A stretch of 64,000 nucleotides of DNA from a bacterium. GTDB lineage: Bacteria > UBA8248. The stretch spans positions 3,776,001-3,840,000 of the forward strand of contig OZ253442.1 in NCBI GenBank assembly GCA_965261085.1, in the 5' to 3' direction. A program made the position numbers and the translations under genes. Under the pieces are notes generated by a model. That model saw only the letters and a list, made by a program, of their open reading frames with translations. It did not search any database and had not been told where the DNA came from. Each line of letters begins with the position of its first letter. Position 1 is the first letter of the stretch. This document shows, one piece after another, positions 1 to 10,201 of the stretch.

Positions 1-48
1 ACGTGATCTCACGCCCGCTGAAAATCTCCCGCCGTCTCTAAACGGACG
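1..48 (+). repeat. Distal part of an att-like site (imperfect palindromic core), cut by the window edge
   Basis: CGCCCGCTGAAAATCTCCCGCCGTCTCTAAACGGACG (12-48) aligns without gaps to CACCCGTTGGAAATACCCTAGTATCTATAAACGGGCG at the end of the 14856-14991 site. Confidence 0.5.
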
Positions 49-159
49 TTTTATATTTTCCGCGGGGTTTACGACTTGGTTGCCTAGTGCCGTTGATTTG
101 ATTCGGAAACGCCGCAAACGGGCGATTGTCACCCATGCGTTGTGCATGTTTATCGAGGA

Positions 160-3100
160 TCAATCGTATCTCTCTGCGCGCTGCTCAAGCCACTGTAAAC
201 GACGATCTGTTTCGATGTCTTGATCAGCCTTGATCAGCCTATCGATAATCTCTGGAACTTCATGATAGCTCCCTGTACTTTTGGGACCACAGACCAACCA
301 AACCAAATCTAGCGTTTCGCGTGGAAATTTCTCCGGTGCTTCTGATGAGGTGATGGCATGAAGACTCCCGTACCCACGATCATATGGAGAGATATAAGGT
401 CGAAGAAGCTCCAAAGCCGCGGGGAATTCGCTGCCTGAACCAACCGCAAGCTCGATCAAATGAGGGGTAAGCGACACATCCTGGAATTCGCGTTCCATCG
501 GCCAAATCTTCTCAAAGAACGGGACTCCAAGCTCTCTCCAAGCTATTTCTACACTTTTCTGATCATTTTGAAGCCACATCGCTAGCACTTCCAGCGTGCC
601 GCAACGGATGGCTTGCGGAGCCTTCCTCAGAACGTTGGCAACTTCAATAGCCGTCAAGCCCCACTGTACAGTATTGTTTCCCTCAAGTTCGGCCAACGTT
701 GGGCGAAGAATGTTCGAAGCAATTGTGGCAGCATGGTGATCTATCGATTCGCTTTCAACCACGCCTCTCAAGATCGCCTTCCTGAACGACTGCGTGACTT
801 CGGGCGTGATCGAACCAAACCTCAACATCACAGCGCGTAGTGCCACCCCTCCATTCTCGGCAGCATTGATGCGCGGGCCAAATATATCGACGACGTATTG
901 CCGATCTATAGTGAGCAAGAATGCTACACTACGCGCTAGTATGGCGCGCCCTAGTTGACCCGCCGCACCTCCAAAATCGCAAATACTCTTTATGAGCCTA
1001 AGTTGAGTCTCTGTAGGCCCGTCTCCTTTTTTCTTGCGCGCTTCAATCTGAAGCAATAGCGTTTGCGAAATCTTCCCTGCCGGGGAATTGATCGCTCTCT
1101 CGTATAGATTGGCCGTGAGATCAAGTAATTCTTCGGGTTGATTCGAAATCGCTTCCAAAAGTTTCACGAGCCAACCATCGACATCCAGGACGCGCTCTCG
1201 CGGTGCGAAGTAGAGCAAGTCGCACAGGCCGGAGACCATTGGCTGCAGGGTATCGGCATCCACTCCATGCAGATGTTCCAGCGCCTGAACTGACAGATCC
1301 TCTCGTACTGCCTTGCTAACCTCATCGCCGAATGCCAGTCCACCGAGAAACTGGTTCCACAGCACTCCGTTTTCTGGCGTTAGTTCTCCTTTGGAAAGTG
1401 AATCGAACGCACCTTGCGGGTCGGATCGGCAAAATGCGGACCAGCCTTGCTGCAAATCGAGGTCAGGACTGCCGGCGAGTTTATGCGCGATCTGAAGACG
1501 ATCATCTTCCAGCGCCTCTACAATCGGCGCAGGATCACCAACAATATCGCGGGCACCGGAGATGTATCCTCCGAAGAAATCCCGATCCTCTACCGCACGG
1601 TTTAGATGGTCGTGCCGTTCGGCTATGGCTGAAAGTTCAGTGGCTCCGACGTTAGATAGAATACCGGCGTCTTGCAACATTTTGAGGCGAAGCCATACCG
1701 CAGAATCGCGTGCATGCGCTCTCCAATCAGTTTCGCCCGGTTCTATGGGGTAGCTGTCGTAATAAGTATCGCCACTTTTTAAAATCCGTTCTTCAACCTT
1801 GTTCACGAGTTCTGCGGATGCTGTCCCCGCCCGTTCTTTCAGCAGAAGCGCAATCTCACGTCGGATCGACCAGAAATCCTGTTCAGAGACCGACAACAAG
1901 ATCGACATCGCCTCGTCCGCATCGAAGAGTGTGGAATTTCGCATCGCGTGCAGACAAAGACGCAGACCGATCCGACCGGGAAGATTCTTCCAACCCGTAA
2001 CAACACTTCTCGTGTGATCACGGTCCGAAATCGCGGCATCGGACAAGGATTCCGTGAGAGCTCGAACCAGATAATTCACACCTTCGCGGTACAGATTCTG
2101 ATCATGGCGTTCAATTGATGGCACTGTGAAATCGTTTTCGTCAAATTCTTCGCCGATCATATCGAGTTCGGTCTCAAGGCTGAGAGCCAAGCGTAGTTCA
2201 GCTGTTGCGAGGTCGAGAATCGCCTTGGCGCGGTCCGGCATCGAACACAAAACATCAACCAACTCCCCCGCGCTGTGTAAATTAGAGATTGTCGTGCGTG
2301 GCCAAATAATGTCGCCAAGTCTTTGGATCGGTTGACCAGCACTCTCTTCACGAGGCTCGCGATGACTTCGGCTTAAAATCAGCCTTGGTGCGATTAGATT
2401 CACGGCTTTTTGTAAATCGCTATCTAGGACCACCCCACTAGCAAGTCGTTGCTTGCTCACATAGTAAGCCAATTCATCGCGCTGCATGGATTCGGCAAGG
2501 CAAAACAGGCGCCACACACGGATCCAGGTTTCGTCCAAACCTTTCACGTGAAGCAATCGTTGTTCGATTTTCTGAGTAAAAGGCTGGCCTAGACGTTCTT
2601 GCCACTCAAGTGCACATTCAAGTCGGTCTCTATTTTGCCAGTCTTTGGCAACCCATGAGGAAATCACCCAAACCTCAACGCCGGACCATAGCCTCTCGTC
2701 CTGAAAGACCTCGAACCATTCGGGATCGACAATTGCATTCAGCGCAACCGACCAGAGATCCCGGTGTCCACCGAAAAGCCAACGTAGTTCTTGCCGAGAA
2801 TCAACATTCGCATCTGCAGCTGGACGTTCTAGAATTTTTCGTGCCCGTTCCCTGCGGGAGCGTTTAGGACGTTCGGCGATCTCCGCCAATGCCGCCAAGT
2901 CGCGCCAAAGGGGCGAGTGGTCGTGTTCCCCTGTTTTGGGATTTACCCTGCAGTAGGGCAACAGCGTCACGGCGAGAGTGCCCCAGGAGCGGGTGGCTTC
3001 CTCCTGGTTATGTTCGTATGAATCGAACGCATAAACCGTTTTGAGATCGGAAAAACGTACCCGGTCCGCTTCAAGCACGTTGAGGAAATAGCGAACCGGC

Positions 3101-3774
3101 GCATCGTTCGCGCTGTATCCCGCGAGCACGATCGCCTTGCAGCGCGCCAGATCGAAAAGAAAGCGCGATGCCCATCCAGAGCGCATATAGGCATCGCCAT
3201 AATCAGCGCTCGTAAGTACCAGCGGAGTGTACTCAAGACCTATTTCGTGATCTGCGAGACGCCCATGAATGTGAATAACGCCTGAAAAAGATGAACTCCC
3301 TGGAGCCGGCAGCGCTTGACCAGCGAAGCTAAAATCTCGGGGTGTTTCATATGGCATGACCTCGACGGCTGCCCGCTCAAGCAGCGTATCGAAATTTGTG
3401 GTGACTACCGTTATCAGGTTGTCGCGATTACGCGACAAGCGAAGGATCGTGCGATGCTGATCCAGACGGGGATGCTCGGGCACTGCGAGCAGTTCCGAGA
3501 CTGTGCGCGTCACTGCGTGGGGGTTCGCCAACCGCCGACTGAGCGATCCCAAGACCTCCTCGAAGCGGCCTGCGTCGAACGCGTATTGCTCCGAGTCTGT
3601 TCTCTCGATCTCTAAGGTCTCGTATGTGCGTTCGACCAACTCCCCAAAATCCGGCATTTGCGGGGCGCTTATCCCTGTGCCACAGAGAAAAACCACTTCA
3701 CCGGCAAGAAGTGAATCGATCAGTTCACCGGGGAATTCAGGACCACCATTTGGAAGGCTAAGGGTCATAACCAT
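160..3774 (-). CDS. Sir2/SIR2_2-domain protein with a long helical C-terminal region; defence-associated sirtuin (Dsr1-like)
   Basis: N-terminal Sir2 motifs VVFLCGTGISAP, TTNFDTLLE, HIHG, GYSAND. Length (~1200 aa) and architecture resemble defence-associated sirtuins. Confidence 0.8.
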   Translation of the reverse strand: MVMTLSLPNGGPEFPGELIDSLLAGEVVFLCGTGISAPQMPDFGELVERTYETLEIERTDSEQYAFDAGRFEEVLGSLSRRLANPHAVTRTVSELLAVPEHPRLDQHRTILRLSRNRDNLITVVTTNFDTLLERAAVEVMPYETPRDFSFAGQALPAPGSSSFSGVIHIHGRLADHEIGLEYTPLVLTSADYGDAYMRSGWASRFLFDLARCKAIVLAGYSANDAPVRYFLNVLEADRVRFSDLKTVYAFDSYEHNQEEATRSWGTLAVTLLPYCRVNPKTGEHDHSPLWRDLAALAEIAERPKRSRRERARKILERPAADANVDSRQELRWLFGGHRDLWSVALNAIVDPEWFEVFQDERLWSGVEVWVISSWVAKDWQNRDRLECALEWQERLGQPFTQKIEQRLLHVKGLDETWIRVWRLFCLAESMQRDELAYYVSKQRLASGVVLDSDLQKAVNLIAPRLILSRSHREPREESAGQPIQRLGDIIWPRTTISNLHSAGELVDVLCSMPDRAKAILDLATAELRLALSLETELDMIGEEFDENDFTVPSIERHDQNLYREGVNYLVRALTESLSDAAISDRDHTRSVVTGWKNLPGRIGLRLCLHAMRNSTLFDADEAMSILLSVSEQDFWSIRREIALLLKERAGTASAELVNKVEERILKSGDTYYDSYPIEPGETDWRAHARDSAVWLRLKMLQDAGILSNVGATELSAIAERHDHLNRAVEDRDFFGGYISGARDIVGDPAPIVEALEDDRLQIAHKLAGSPDLDLQQGWSAFCRSDPQGAFDSLSKGELTPENGVLWNQFLGGLAFGDEVSKAVREDLSVQALEHLHGVDADTLQPMVSGLCDLLYFAPRERVLDVDGWLVKLLEAISNQPEELLDLTANLYERAINSPAGKISQTLLLQIEARKKKGDGPTETQLRLIKSICDFGGAAGQLGRAILARSVAFLLTIDRQYVVDIFGPRINAAENGGVALRAVMLRFGSITPEVTQSFRKAILRGVVESESIDHHAATIASNILRPTLAELEGNNTVQWGLTAIEVANVLRKAPQAIRCGTLEVLAMWLQNDQKSVEIAWRELGVPFFEKIWPMEREFQDVSLTPHLIELAVGSGSEFPAALELLRPYISPYDRGYGSLHAITSSEAPEKFPRETLDLVWLVCGPKSTGSYHEVPEIIDRLIKADQDIETDRRLQWLEQRAERYD

Positions 3775-4022
3775 CTCTGAGCAGAGCGCAGTATCATCCG
3801 GTCCGAAACCGGCGGGGTCGGGCTAGTACCGCATGATCCCGATCTGCCCGTAACTGTGAGAGTCATTACAGGAAGCACGAAATAACAATGCAATACACAT
3901 CGGTATAACTCACGGCGGGGCCTTCCACTCTACACTTGTACAATGGCACAACTCATCCGTAATTGCCACGTAGCGGTCCATAGGCTTCCCTCCCGCGGTG
4001 AGGACTTTTCAGTTGGCGGTAG

Positions 4023-4649
4023 TCACTCCGATTGTCTCGCAGTGAGTTCGAAAATCCTTTCTACGGGGAATTCAGCGAGGGTATCCAACGTCTGAACATC
4101 TGTCGAATTCAATCGGTAATCACCTAAAAAGCATTCGATATGGTTTTCGAAAAAACTCGATACACTGCGGCTATAGAAATCAAAAATGTCTTTTGAATTC
4201 AATCCTAAAACTGAGTTTGCAGAAAAAATTCGCATTCCTTTTGACTTGGAATAGACCCAAACAAAGGAAGCTGGTGTTCGAAAAAGCATAGTCTCGCATT
4301 GTAAATGTAGGCGATTCCAATCTGGTTTTGAAAACTGTTGACCAGGTTCCGCTCTCTTAGCTTGTGCCAGGAACCCCTTTTTCGAACGGTAACCTGACAG
4401 ATCCAGGTCGAGGACTCCCATCAGATCCGCGCCGTGCCGTTTCTCTTCGGCGGCGATACCACGACCTGTCCTGAGATTACGATCTTTCCATACTATGCTA
4501 CCTTGAGACTGCGTTACGAAACTGTCCTCAGCTGTGTGAGTTACAATAACCGGAACCCTGGGGGCATCCATCAACTGACTTTCACCATCCGAGCTAAATA
4601 GCCTGTTTTGAAACCGATCTTCAATCGCCCCAAGGATACGATCCGTCAA
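4023..4649 (-). CDS. PD-(D/E)xK-like nuclease-fold protein, possibly 5'-truncated
   Basis: Motif EKRHGADL...FLAQAKR. The frame is open for 17 more codons (DGALDAYRENRVVEEPQ) up to a TAG at 4701-4703 with no good start, so the 5' end may be damaged. Confidence 0.55.
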   Translation of the reverse strand: MTDRILGAIEDRFQNRLFSSDGESQLMDAPRVPVIVTHTAEDSFVTQSQGSIVWKDRNLRTGRGIAAEEKRHGADLMGVLDLDLSGYRSKKGFLAQAKRAEPGQQFSKPDWNRLHLQCETMLFRTPASFVWVYSKSKGMRIFSANSVLGLNSKDIFDFYSRSVSSFFENHIECFLGDYRLNSTDVQTLDTLAEFPVERIFELTARQSE

Positions 4650-5017
4650 TTGTGGTTCCTCAACAACACGGTTTTCGCGATAGGCATCAAGCGCTCCGTC
4701 CTATCACAACGACCTAAGAGAACGTGAACCGCACCTTTCTACCGCCCTGAGAAGTTTCGATTGCCATTCTTACCAAGTCCTGCGGCTCGCTCGGCTCAAT
4801 GGATCATGGAGCCTCGCGTGAAATCAATCCAACACACGTCACCGCCTGTCCTTTGATTTAGCAGGCGTGCAGAATTCACAAAGCTGGAGGGGCAGCCGTC
4901 TCAAGTTTCCTGTATTGGACCTCAACATATTCCCCTTGACAGCCATATCTCGCATCCCTACATCGTCTCCGACGGTCCTTGTTCGGAGTGATTGAGTAAA
5001 GGACCTCGTGCACAAGC

Positions 5018-7654
5018 TCAATGTGAACGCATCGCAATCTCGGCTATTCGGTGCACCTCTGTTTTCACGTTTTCGACGGAAGTTGCCGCGTCTCGGATTC
5101 TAGACATGTGCTCCTCGATCACGTTGTTCTTGATTCCGGTCGCGGTCTCTCGCAACTCTACAGGGATTTCGGTCAGGCGCTGGTTGGCCACACCAATGAA
5201 CTCATCAAACACCTCACATCGTGCGAAGATAGTCTTGTGCAATTCGGTCAGTGCTTGCTCCGCCTGTCGATGTGATTCGGAGTGTTTTTTCAGCCACTCG
5301 ACAACCCCTTCGGTGATCGCATGATCAACTTGGAGCGGCATTTCATCCAGGTCGCCAAGCAACTGATTATAGGATTCATCAAAGTACGCTTTAAGTGCGG
5401 TTGCCAGATGGTGTCGTTTCGTCCGAACCGTCCACTTCTCCATAAGCACAAGTCGTAGCGCCCACCGAAGGTTTTCATTCCTCGCACCGGTAACAATATA
5501 TACGAGCGCCAAGACGAAGACTGACGACAATGCGCCGACTAAAACCGATTCAAATAGCCCATTCGGCAAGACTGACAATAGGACCTCAAATTGACTGGGC
5601 GCAAACTCGGCAAAGGCAAACAGCAAAACCGAGAAGGAAAAGGCAACCAAGGCAAAGCGACCAACCAAAGTCGCCCTCGCCCTCCAGATCCGCATCTTCG
5701 AACTGGCAACTCGCGCTCGCTCCGCGCTAACTTCCTGGACGTAACGGTCGACACTTTCTGACAAGCTCGAAAGAAACTCATCGACTCTCTGCTGGCAGAC
5801 GACGTTGATGCGATTTACCACAAGCTTACGGTATCCTTCGCCGAATCCGCTATCGCTGAGTGACGTTTCTTCGTCGTCATCCATAGACGGTTCCAAATCC
5901 TCGGGCTCCTCACGACGTAGAAGCCTCAGGCGTTCCTTGCAATTCTCGGAGCTCTGTGAAATGGCAGTGAAACCAAGGCAGTTCAGGGCATCGATGGACT
6001 CTGCGTGCACAGCCTGCTCTCCTGACTCGTCGAACCCCACGAAACCATGTTCCCGAAGCAGATCGCTTGAGCTAGGCGCTGAAATGTACGCGTAGAAGGA
6101 TTTGACACTGTCATCGTGTCTGCTTTGGAATCTTTCGAGGGAAGATTCAATATCGCGAGCGCTCGAACCAATTTCCCCAGCTTCCGATGTGCTTCGCAAA
6201 TGTTGAGTGGAACTGGCGACAGCCGCTGTGAGTTGTTGATTGACGATCCGAAGAATGCCCCGTGCGCACCTCGTCGATGCACCCGCAAGTCCGGATTCGT
6301 CACCGCTTACATCGACCTGACTGCCAAGGAACTCTTTCGCGTCCACTCCGCCCTTCGTTGGAAACCAACCGCGTGTCCTCCCCATGTAGTGTCTTCGCAC
6401 CCGACGCCACGTAGGCGCGCGCACGCTGCTGAGTTGTCGCTTCAGGGCACCCCTAATTTCTTCCTCGATCTTACGGAGCGTTGGTTCCTGGGTTTCATTG
6501 ATCGCCTGTGGCGTTACAATTGCCTCTACCGCGACAGACCCAGTTGGTATGGTTTGACGCGCGTCGTGCAGCCTCTGCCGGACGGACGCGAAGGAAGACT
6601 CAAGGGACTGGATAAGCTCTTCCACTGCTGTCGCCGTTCCATCAGCACGTCTCTGAGCCTCGCTAAGCAGGCGATTTAGATTTTCGCTACGGGTAGAAAT
6701 GTACGTTAGCAACACACCGAGCGCATCGGCGGCGGTCGCTAGAACATAGCGCCCTTGGGCTTGTCTTATACGCGATCTGTGCTCATCATCAGTGACGATT
6801 GGTAGCAATGCGTTTCTAACCTGTTCTACTCTGAATCCTTCCTTTGAGTCCACGAAGAACCGTTGCGCGGTTTGAAATCTATCAAGGTGATTTTGGAATC
6901 TGGAGTCCCTCCTTAACCTTTCTATGGCTTCGTCCCAGAATGCCTCTGCGTGGTTTGCTTGCCATCCCGTCTCGAAGCTAGCCGTGCGTGACGTCAAAAA
7001 TTCTTCCGCGCTGGTAACAACAATGAGCTTCGGTACATCAGAGAGTTTGTTGAACGCTGTATCTAACAGCTCAAAGTCCTTTTCCTTGTCTGCGAACGGG
7101 CGTCGGCCATCGATCGTGATTACAAGGACGTGACAAAGGTGTAGGAACCGGGTCACGGCTTCATGTTCTGCCGCCTCGTTGCCGAGGCCTGGAGTGTCAA
7201 CCAGGGTCGCATGTTCCAAAAATTCCAAGGCAGGTCCGTGGACAACGTCCACAGTGTCGATGCTTGTATATGCGGACTGCCTTATCGAGTGGGCGTGGTC
7301 GCGGTGCGAAATCAGCGTGATCTTCGTATCCGTCGGGTGCAGCCCAACGTCCCGCTTGTATCCGGGATTTTGAGCAGATGAAATGCCGAGTAGTGCATTG
7401 ATCAGACTCGATTTTCCTGAGCTAAAGTGCCCAAGAAAGCCTACCAACGCGATACTCTCCGATTGGCTCAGCAAGTCCGGAATAGACTTGGCGATGTTAT
7501 GGAGCTGAGTCCAGGCACGACATCGCTCAAGATACTCCAACGTCGTGGCGGGGGAGTCGAGTAAGTCTTCATCGATATTTAGTATCGACAGGGACTCCGA
7601 GTTATCGAGCGCACCCACCGCCTGATAAAGAGACTCCAGCGTCTGCTCAAACAT
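5018..7654 (-). CDS. Dynamin-like GTPase with a C-terminal transmembrane hairpin
   Basis: P-loop GHFSSGKSS, switch T (HPTDT), DTPG, long helical stalk, two hydrophobic segments near aa 665-725. Confidence 0.8.
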   Translation of the reverse strand: MFEQTLESLYQAVGALDNSESLSILNIDEDLLDSPATTLEYLERCRAWTQLHNIAKSIPDLLSQSESIALVGFLGHFSSGKSSLINALLGISSAQNPGYKRDVGLHPTDTKITLISHRDHAHSIRQSAYTSIDTVDVVHGPALEFLEHATLVDTPGLGNEAAEHEAVTRFLHLCHVLVITIDGRRPFADKEKDFELLDTAFNKLSDVPKLIVVTSAEEFLTSRTASFETGWQANHAEAFWDEAIERLRRDSRFQNHLDRFQTAQRFFVDSKEGFRVEQVRNALLPIVTDDEHRSRIRQAQGRYVLATAADALGVLLTYISTRSENLNRLLSEAQRRADGTATAVEELIQSLESSFASVRQRLHDARQTIPTGSVAVEAIVTPQAINETQEPTLRKIEEEIRGALKRQLSSVRAPTWRRVRRHYMGRTRGWFPTKGGVDAKEFLGSQVDVSGDESGLAGASTRCARGILRIVNQQLTAAVASSTQHLRSTSEAGEIGSSARDIESSLERFQSRHDDSVKSFYAYISAPSSSDLLREHGFVGFDESGEQAVHAESIDALNCLGFTAISQSSENCKERLRLLRREEPEDLEPSMDDDEETSLSDSGFGEGYRKLVVNRINVVCQQRVDEFLSSLSESVDRYVQEVSAERARVASSKMRIWRARATLVGRFALVAFSFSVLLFAFAEFAPSQFEVLLSVLPNGLFESVLVGALSSVFVLALVYIVTGARNENLRWALRLVLMEKWTVRTKRHHLATALKAYFDESYNQLLGDLDEMPLQVDHAITEGVVEWLKKHSESHRQAEQALTELHKTIFARCEVFDEFIGVANQRLTEIPVELRETATGIKNNVIEEHMSRIRDAATSVENVKTEVHRIAEIAMRSH

Positions 7655-7708
7655 TCACTTTCCCAGAAGTAGACCCTTCGCTGCTGCAAAAGCGCTCTGA
7701 CTATGCAT

Positions 7709-8051
7709 TCACTCGCACACGACACCGTCGCCGTCGCGGTCGGCCAGATCAGCCACGGTCGCTTCGAGCTTGGGCTCCGTCTCGACAGGCGTCAGACCAG
7801 CCTTGATGCATGCGATGAGCTTGGCGGCGTCCTTACGGGCTTGATCGGGTGCCACATCCCTGTGCCAGCCGACGGTGACGCGCTTCGACTTGCCGTTCGC
7901 CCGGACCTGCACCACATAGACCTTGAGCCCGCTGGGGTACACACGAAGACCGAAGCCGGAAGCTCGCTATTCCAAAAAACGCGTCCTTGCCGTCGACGGA
8001 GAGGCGGTCCACGATACGCTTGGAGAGCGTTCGGTACTGGCGTTCGGGCAT
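7709..8051 (-). pseudogene. N-terminal (arm-DNA-binding) fragment of a tyrosine integrase, frameshifted and truncated
   Basis: MPERQYRTLSKRIVDRLSV... then in another frame VYPSGLKVYVVQVR...QARKDAAKLIACIKAG. Paralogous to the N-termini of 35473-36570 and 36567-37748. Confidence 0.85.
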
Positions 8052-8119
8052 GTCCTCGTTCCTGCGATAGGGGTCGTCATGCCGGAGCGCGGATTGAGGG
8101 CCTCGATGTGGTGAATTCT

Positions 8120-8270
8120 CGCGTAAGCAATCCAAAAGCAACCGGCTGAAATTCGAGGTGCATTGAAGCGCATCGGAGGCGAGAATGCAAGGGGCAGAGT
8201 GGGCCGTGAAATTTTGGAATATAAATTATTTACAACAACTTATATCGGATGAGCCCAGGTCAGCGCATGC
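8120..8270 (-). promoter_or_regulatory. Integrase-proximal element end with sigma70-like promoter
   Basis: Minus strand TTGCAT-N17-TTCAAT (8190-8162). Homologous to 37795-37950 (GTAA.CAAT, CATT.AAGCG, AATGCAAGGGG, AT-rich IHF-like tract). Confidence 0.55.
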
Positions 8271-8439
8271 CAGCGCAGGTCGCGCCGCTCGGCGGTCTCG
8301 CGCGCCAGCGTCCCGCCGAGCGTCAGCCAGCCGGCTGAGCGGGATGGAATCGACGGTTGGTTCAGGATGGGTTATAGGTACCTCCTCTAGTGGATTGGAT
8401 GGGAAAGCTCTAAATCCCTCTCTGGTCTTCCCGGGTTCG

Positions 8440-8665
8440 CTCCGAGCCCGCCCGCTCCCTCACACCCCCAGTAGTAGTGGAGGCTCAACGAGCGGGTCCT
8501 TTCCGTTTTGGCCGGGGAACACACGGGGGTCATCCGGCTAGCGGGGAACCTCCTCCAACACCCTGAGCACGGGTGCCGTCAGCGAAACTATGCAAGTGGC
8601 CGCCTTGGCGTCTTAGAGTCTCAACTCGCCCGCCCTACGGTCCACGTCGTCCCAGCGTATTCGGT
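8440..8665 (-). pseudogene. Decayed catalytic-domain fragment of a tyrosine integrase
   Basis: Manual translation RWDDVDRRAGELRL*DAKAA..VSLTAPVLRVLEEVPR*PDD...HYYW..RERAGL matches RWDDVDRTAGELRLRDAKAGPRMVPLTAPVKRVLEEVPRSPDN...YYW..RERAGL of 36567-37748. Not in the ORF track. Confidence 0.8.
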
Positions 8666-8799
8666 TTGCGCCGATGCTTTCCTAATCCCCATCACTCCAC
8701 GAACGAACCTTTGCCGTAAGCGATGGGATGGACGCGCCCTCCCGAAGGCATCACACTGTGGTGAGGTGGTGTCGTTACCGCCCTGCAGGAGGGGAATCC

Positions 8800-9825
8800 A
8801 TGGAACAGGTTCACATCATCGGCATCGATCTGGCAAAACAGAGCTTTCAACTCCACGGCACGCGCCCGGACGGATCGGTCGCGTTCCGGAAGAAGCTTAC
8901 CAGGGCGAAGGTGTTGGGCTTTCTGGCTTCGCAGCCGCGGTGCCTGGTGGCGATGGAGGCATGTGCGAGCGCGCACTACTGGGGGCGTGAGATCGGCAAG
9001 CTCGGCCATGAGGTGAAGCTTATCCCGCCGATCTACGTGAAACCCTTCGTCAAGCGCCACAAGAACGACGAGGCTGATGCGGAGGCGATCTGCGAGTCGG
9101 CCTCTCGCCCGACCATGCACTTCGTGGCCGTGAAGACTGAAGAGCAGCAGGCCCGAGGGATGCTGTTCCGCACGCGCGATTTGCTGGTGCGACAGCGCAC
9201 CCAGACGATCAACGCGCTGCGCGGCCATCTGGCGGAGTTCGGCGTCGTTGCTCCCCAGGGTCCCGCCCATGTCGCGCGGCTGGCGTCGGCCGTTGCAGAT
9301 CCGGGCTTGGGCCTGCCCGAGGCGGTCCGCGATCTGGGCGGGGTTCTGCTCGATCAGATCGCCGGCCTCAATGCGAAGATCGGGGAGTTGGAGAGGCAAC
9401 TTCTCGCGAGTGCGCGCCAAGACGAGGAGGCGAGGCGCCTGATGAGCATACCGGGGATCGGGGCGATCGGGGCGATGGCGATCCAGGCCTTCGCGCCGCC
9501 GATGGAAAGCTTCCGGCGCGGTCGCGACTTCTCCGCCTGGCTCGGGCTCGTCCCGCGGCAGCACTCCACCGGTGGCAAGCCCCGGCTGGGCAGGATATCG
9601 AAGATGGGCCAGCGCGACGTCAGGCGGTTGTTGATCATAGGCGCGATGACGGTGGTGCGCTGGGCGGTCCGGCGCGGCGCTCCGCCGGGCTCATGGCTGG
9701 CCCGGATGCTGGCGCGAAAGCCGCGTATGCTGGTCGCGGTGGCGCTGGCCAACAGGATGGCGCGCATCGCCTGGGCGCTGATGACGAAAAAAGAGGTCTA
9801 CAAGGAGCCGGTGCCGGCCGCCTGA
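8800..9825 (+). CDS. IS110-family DEDD recombinase/transposase
   Basis: IGIDLAK, AMEAC, KNDEADA, GLVPRQHSTGGK. RBS GGAGGGG before the ATG at 8800. Confidence 0.95.
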   Translation: MEQVHIIGIDLAKQSFQLHGTRPDGSVAFRKKLTRAKVLGFLASQPRCLVAMEACASAHYWGREIGKLGHEVKLIPPIYVKPFVKRHKNDEADAEAICESASRPTMHFVAVKTEEQQARGMLFRTRDLLVRQRTQTINALRGHLAEFGVVAPQGPAHVARLASAVADPGLGLPEAVRDLGGVLLDQIAGLNAKIGELERQLLASARQDEEARRLMSIPGIGAIGAMAIQAFAPPMESFRRGRDFSAWLGLVPRQHSTGGKPRLGRISKMGQRDVRRLLIIGAMTVVRWAVRRGAPPGSWLARMLARKPRMLVAVALANRMARIAWALMTKKEVYKEPVPAA

Positions 9826-9894
9826 GCGGCAGGCGAGCGGATAATGCCGGGAATGTGAGCAGGTCGGAGGACAGGTAAGGGGCATACGGTCAAT

Positions 9895-10045
9895 GAGACG
9901 GGATCGGGAAAACCAGGACCTGAATGGAGAGCTTTCAAGCTCGCGTAAGCGATTCGGACCCGATCCGCGCATCTCCATACGGGCCCGTGGCAAGAGGGAA
10001 ACGCCGCAATCTAGAGGCCGAATACACGACTGCGCCTGACCACAT
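9895..10045 (+). ncRNA. Predicted bridge/seek RNA of the IS1111-type element (boundaries approximate)
   Basis: Stem GGATCGGG/CCCGATCC with inner hairpin GAGC-TTTCAA-GCTC. The loop strands match the insertion target (9917-9925, 9945-9957); downstream segments match the donor junction (9970-9978, 10022-10027). Confidence 0.75.
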
Positions 10046-10201
10046 TGCGCCGAACTGTCCGAAGAAAAAGCTTGCATTTTGGGGCGCGTCCATACACATT
10101 CGGTCGAGGGGTGATGGTGTCCGCGTAGCTCATTCCGGATAATCGAAGAGATTCCCGTAAGGTGCTGGTAACATCTTCCGGCATGTGGTAATCATGTCGG
10201 C

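Larger units (their letters stand above)
8725..10099 (+). mobile_element. IS110-family element, IS1111 type, copy 1 (1375 bp)
   Basis: Subterminal IRs ATGGACGCGCCC (8728-8739) and GGGCGCGTCCAT (10082-10093), long 3' non-coding region, AT core dinucleotide at both junctions. Confidence 0.92.
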
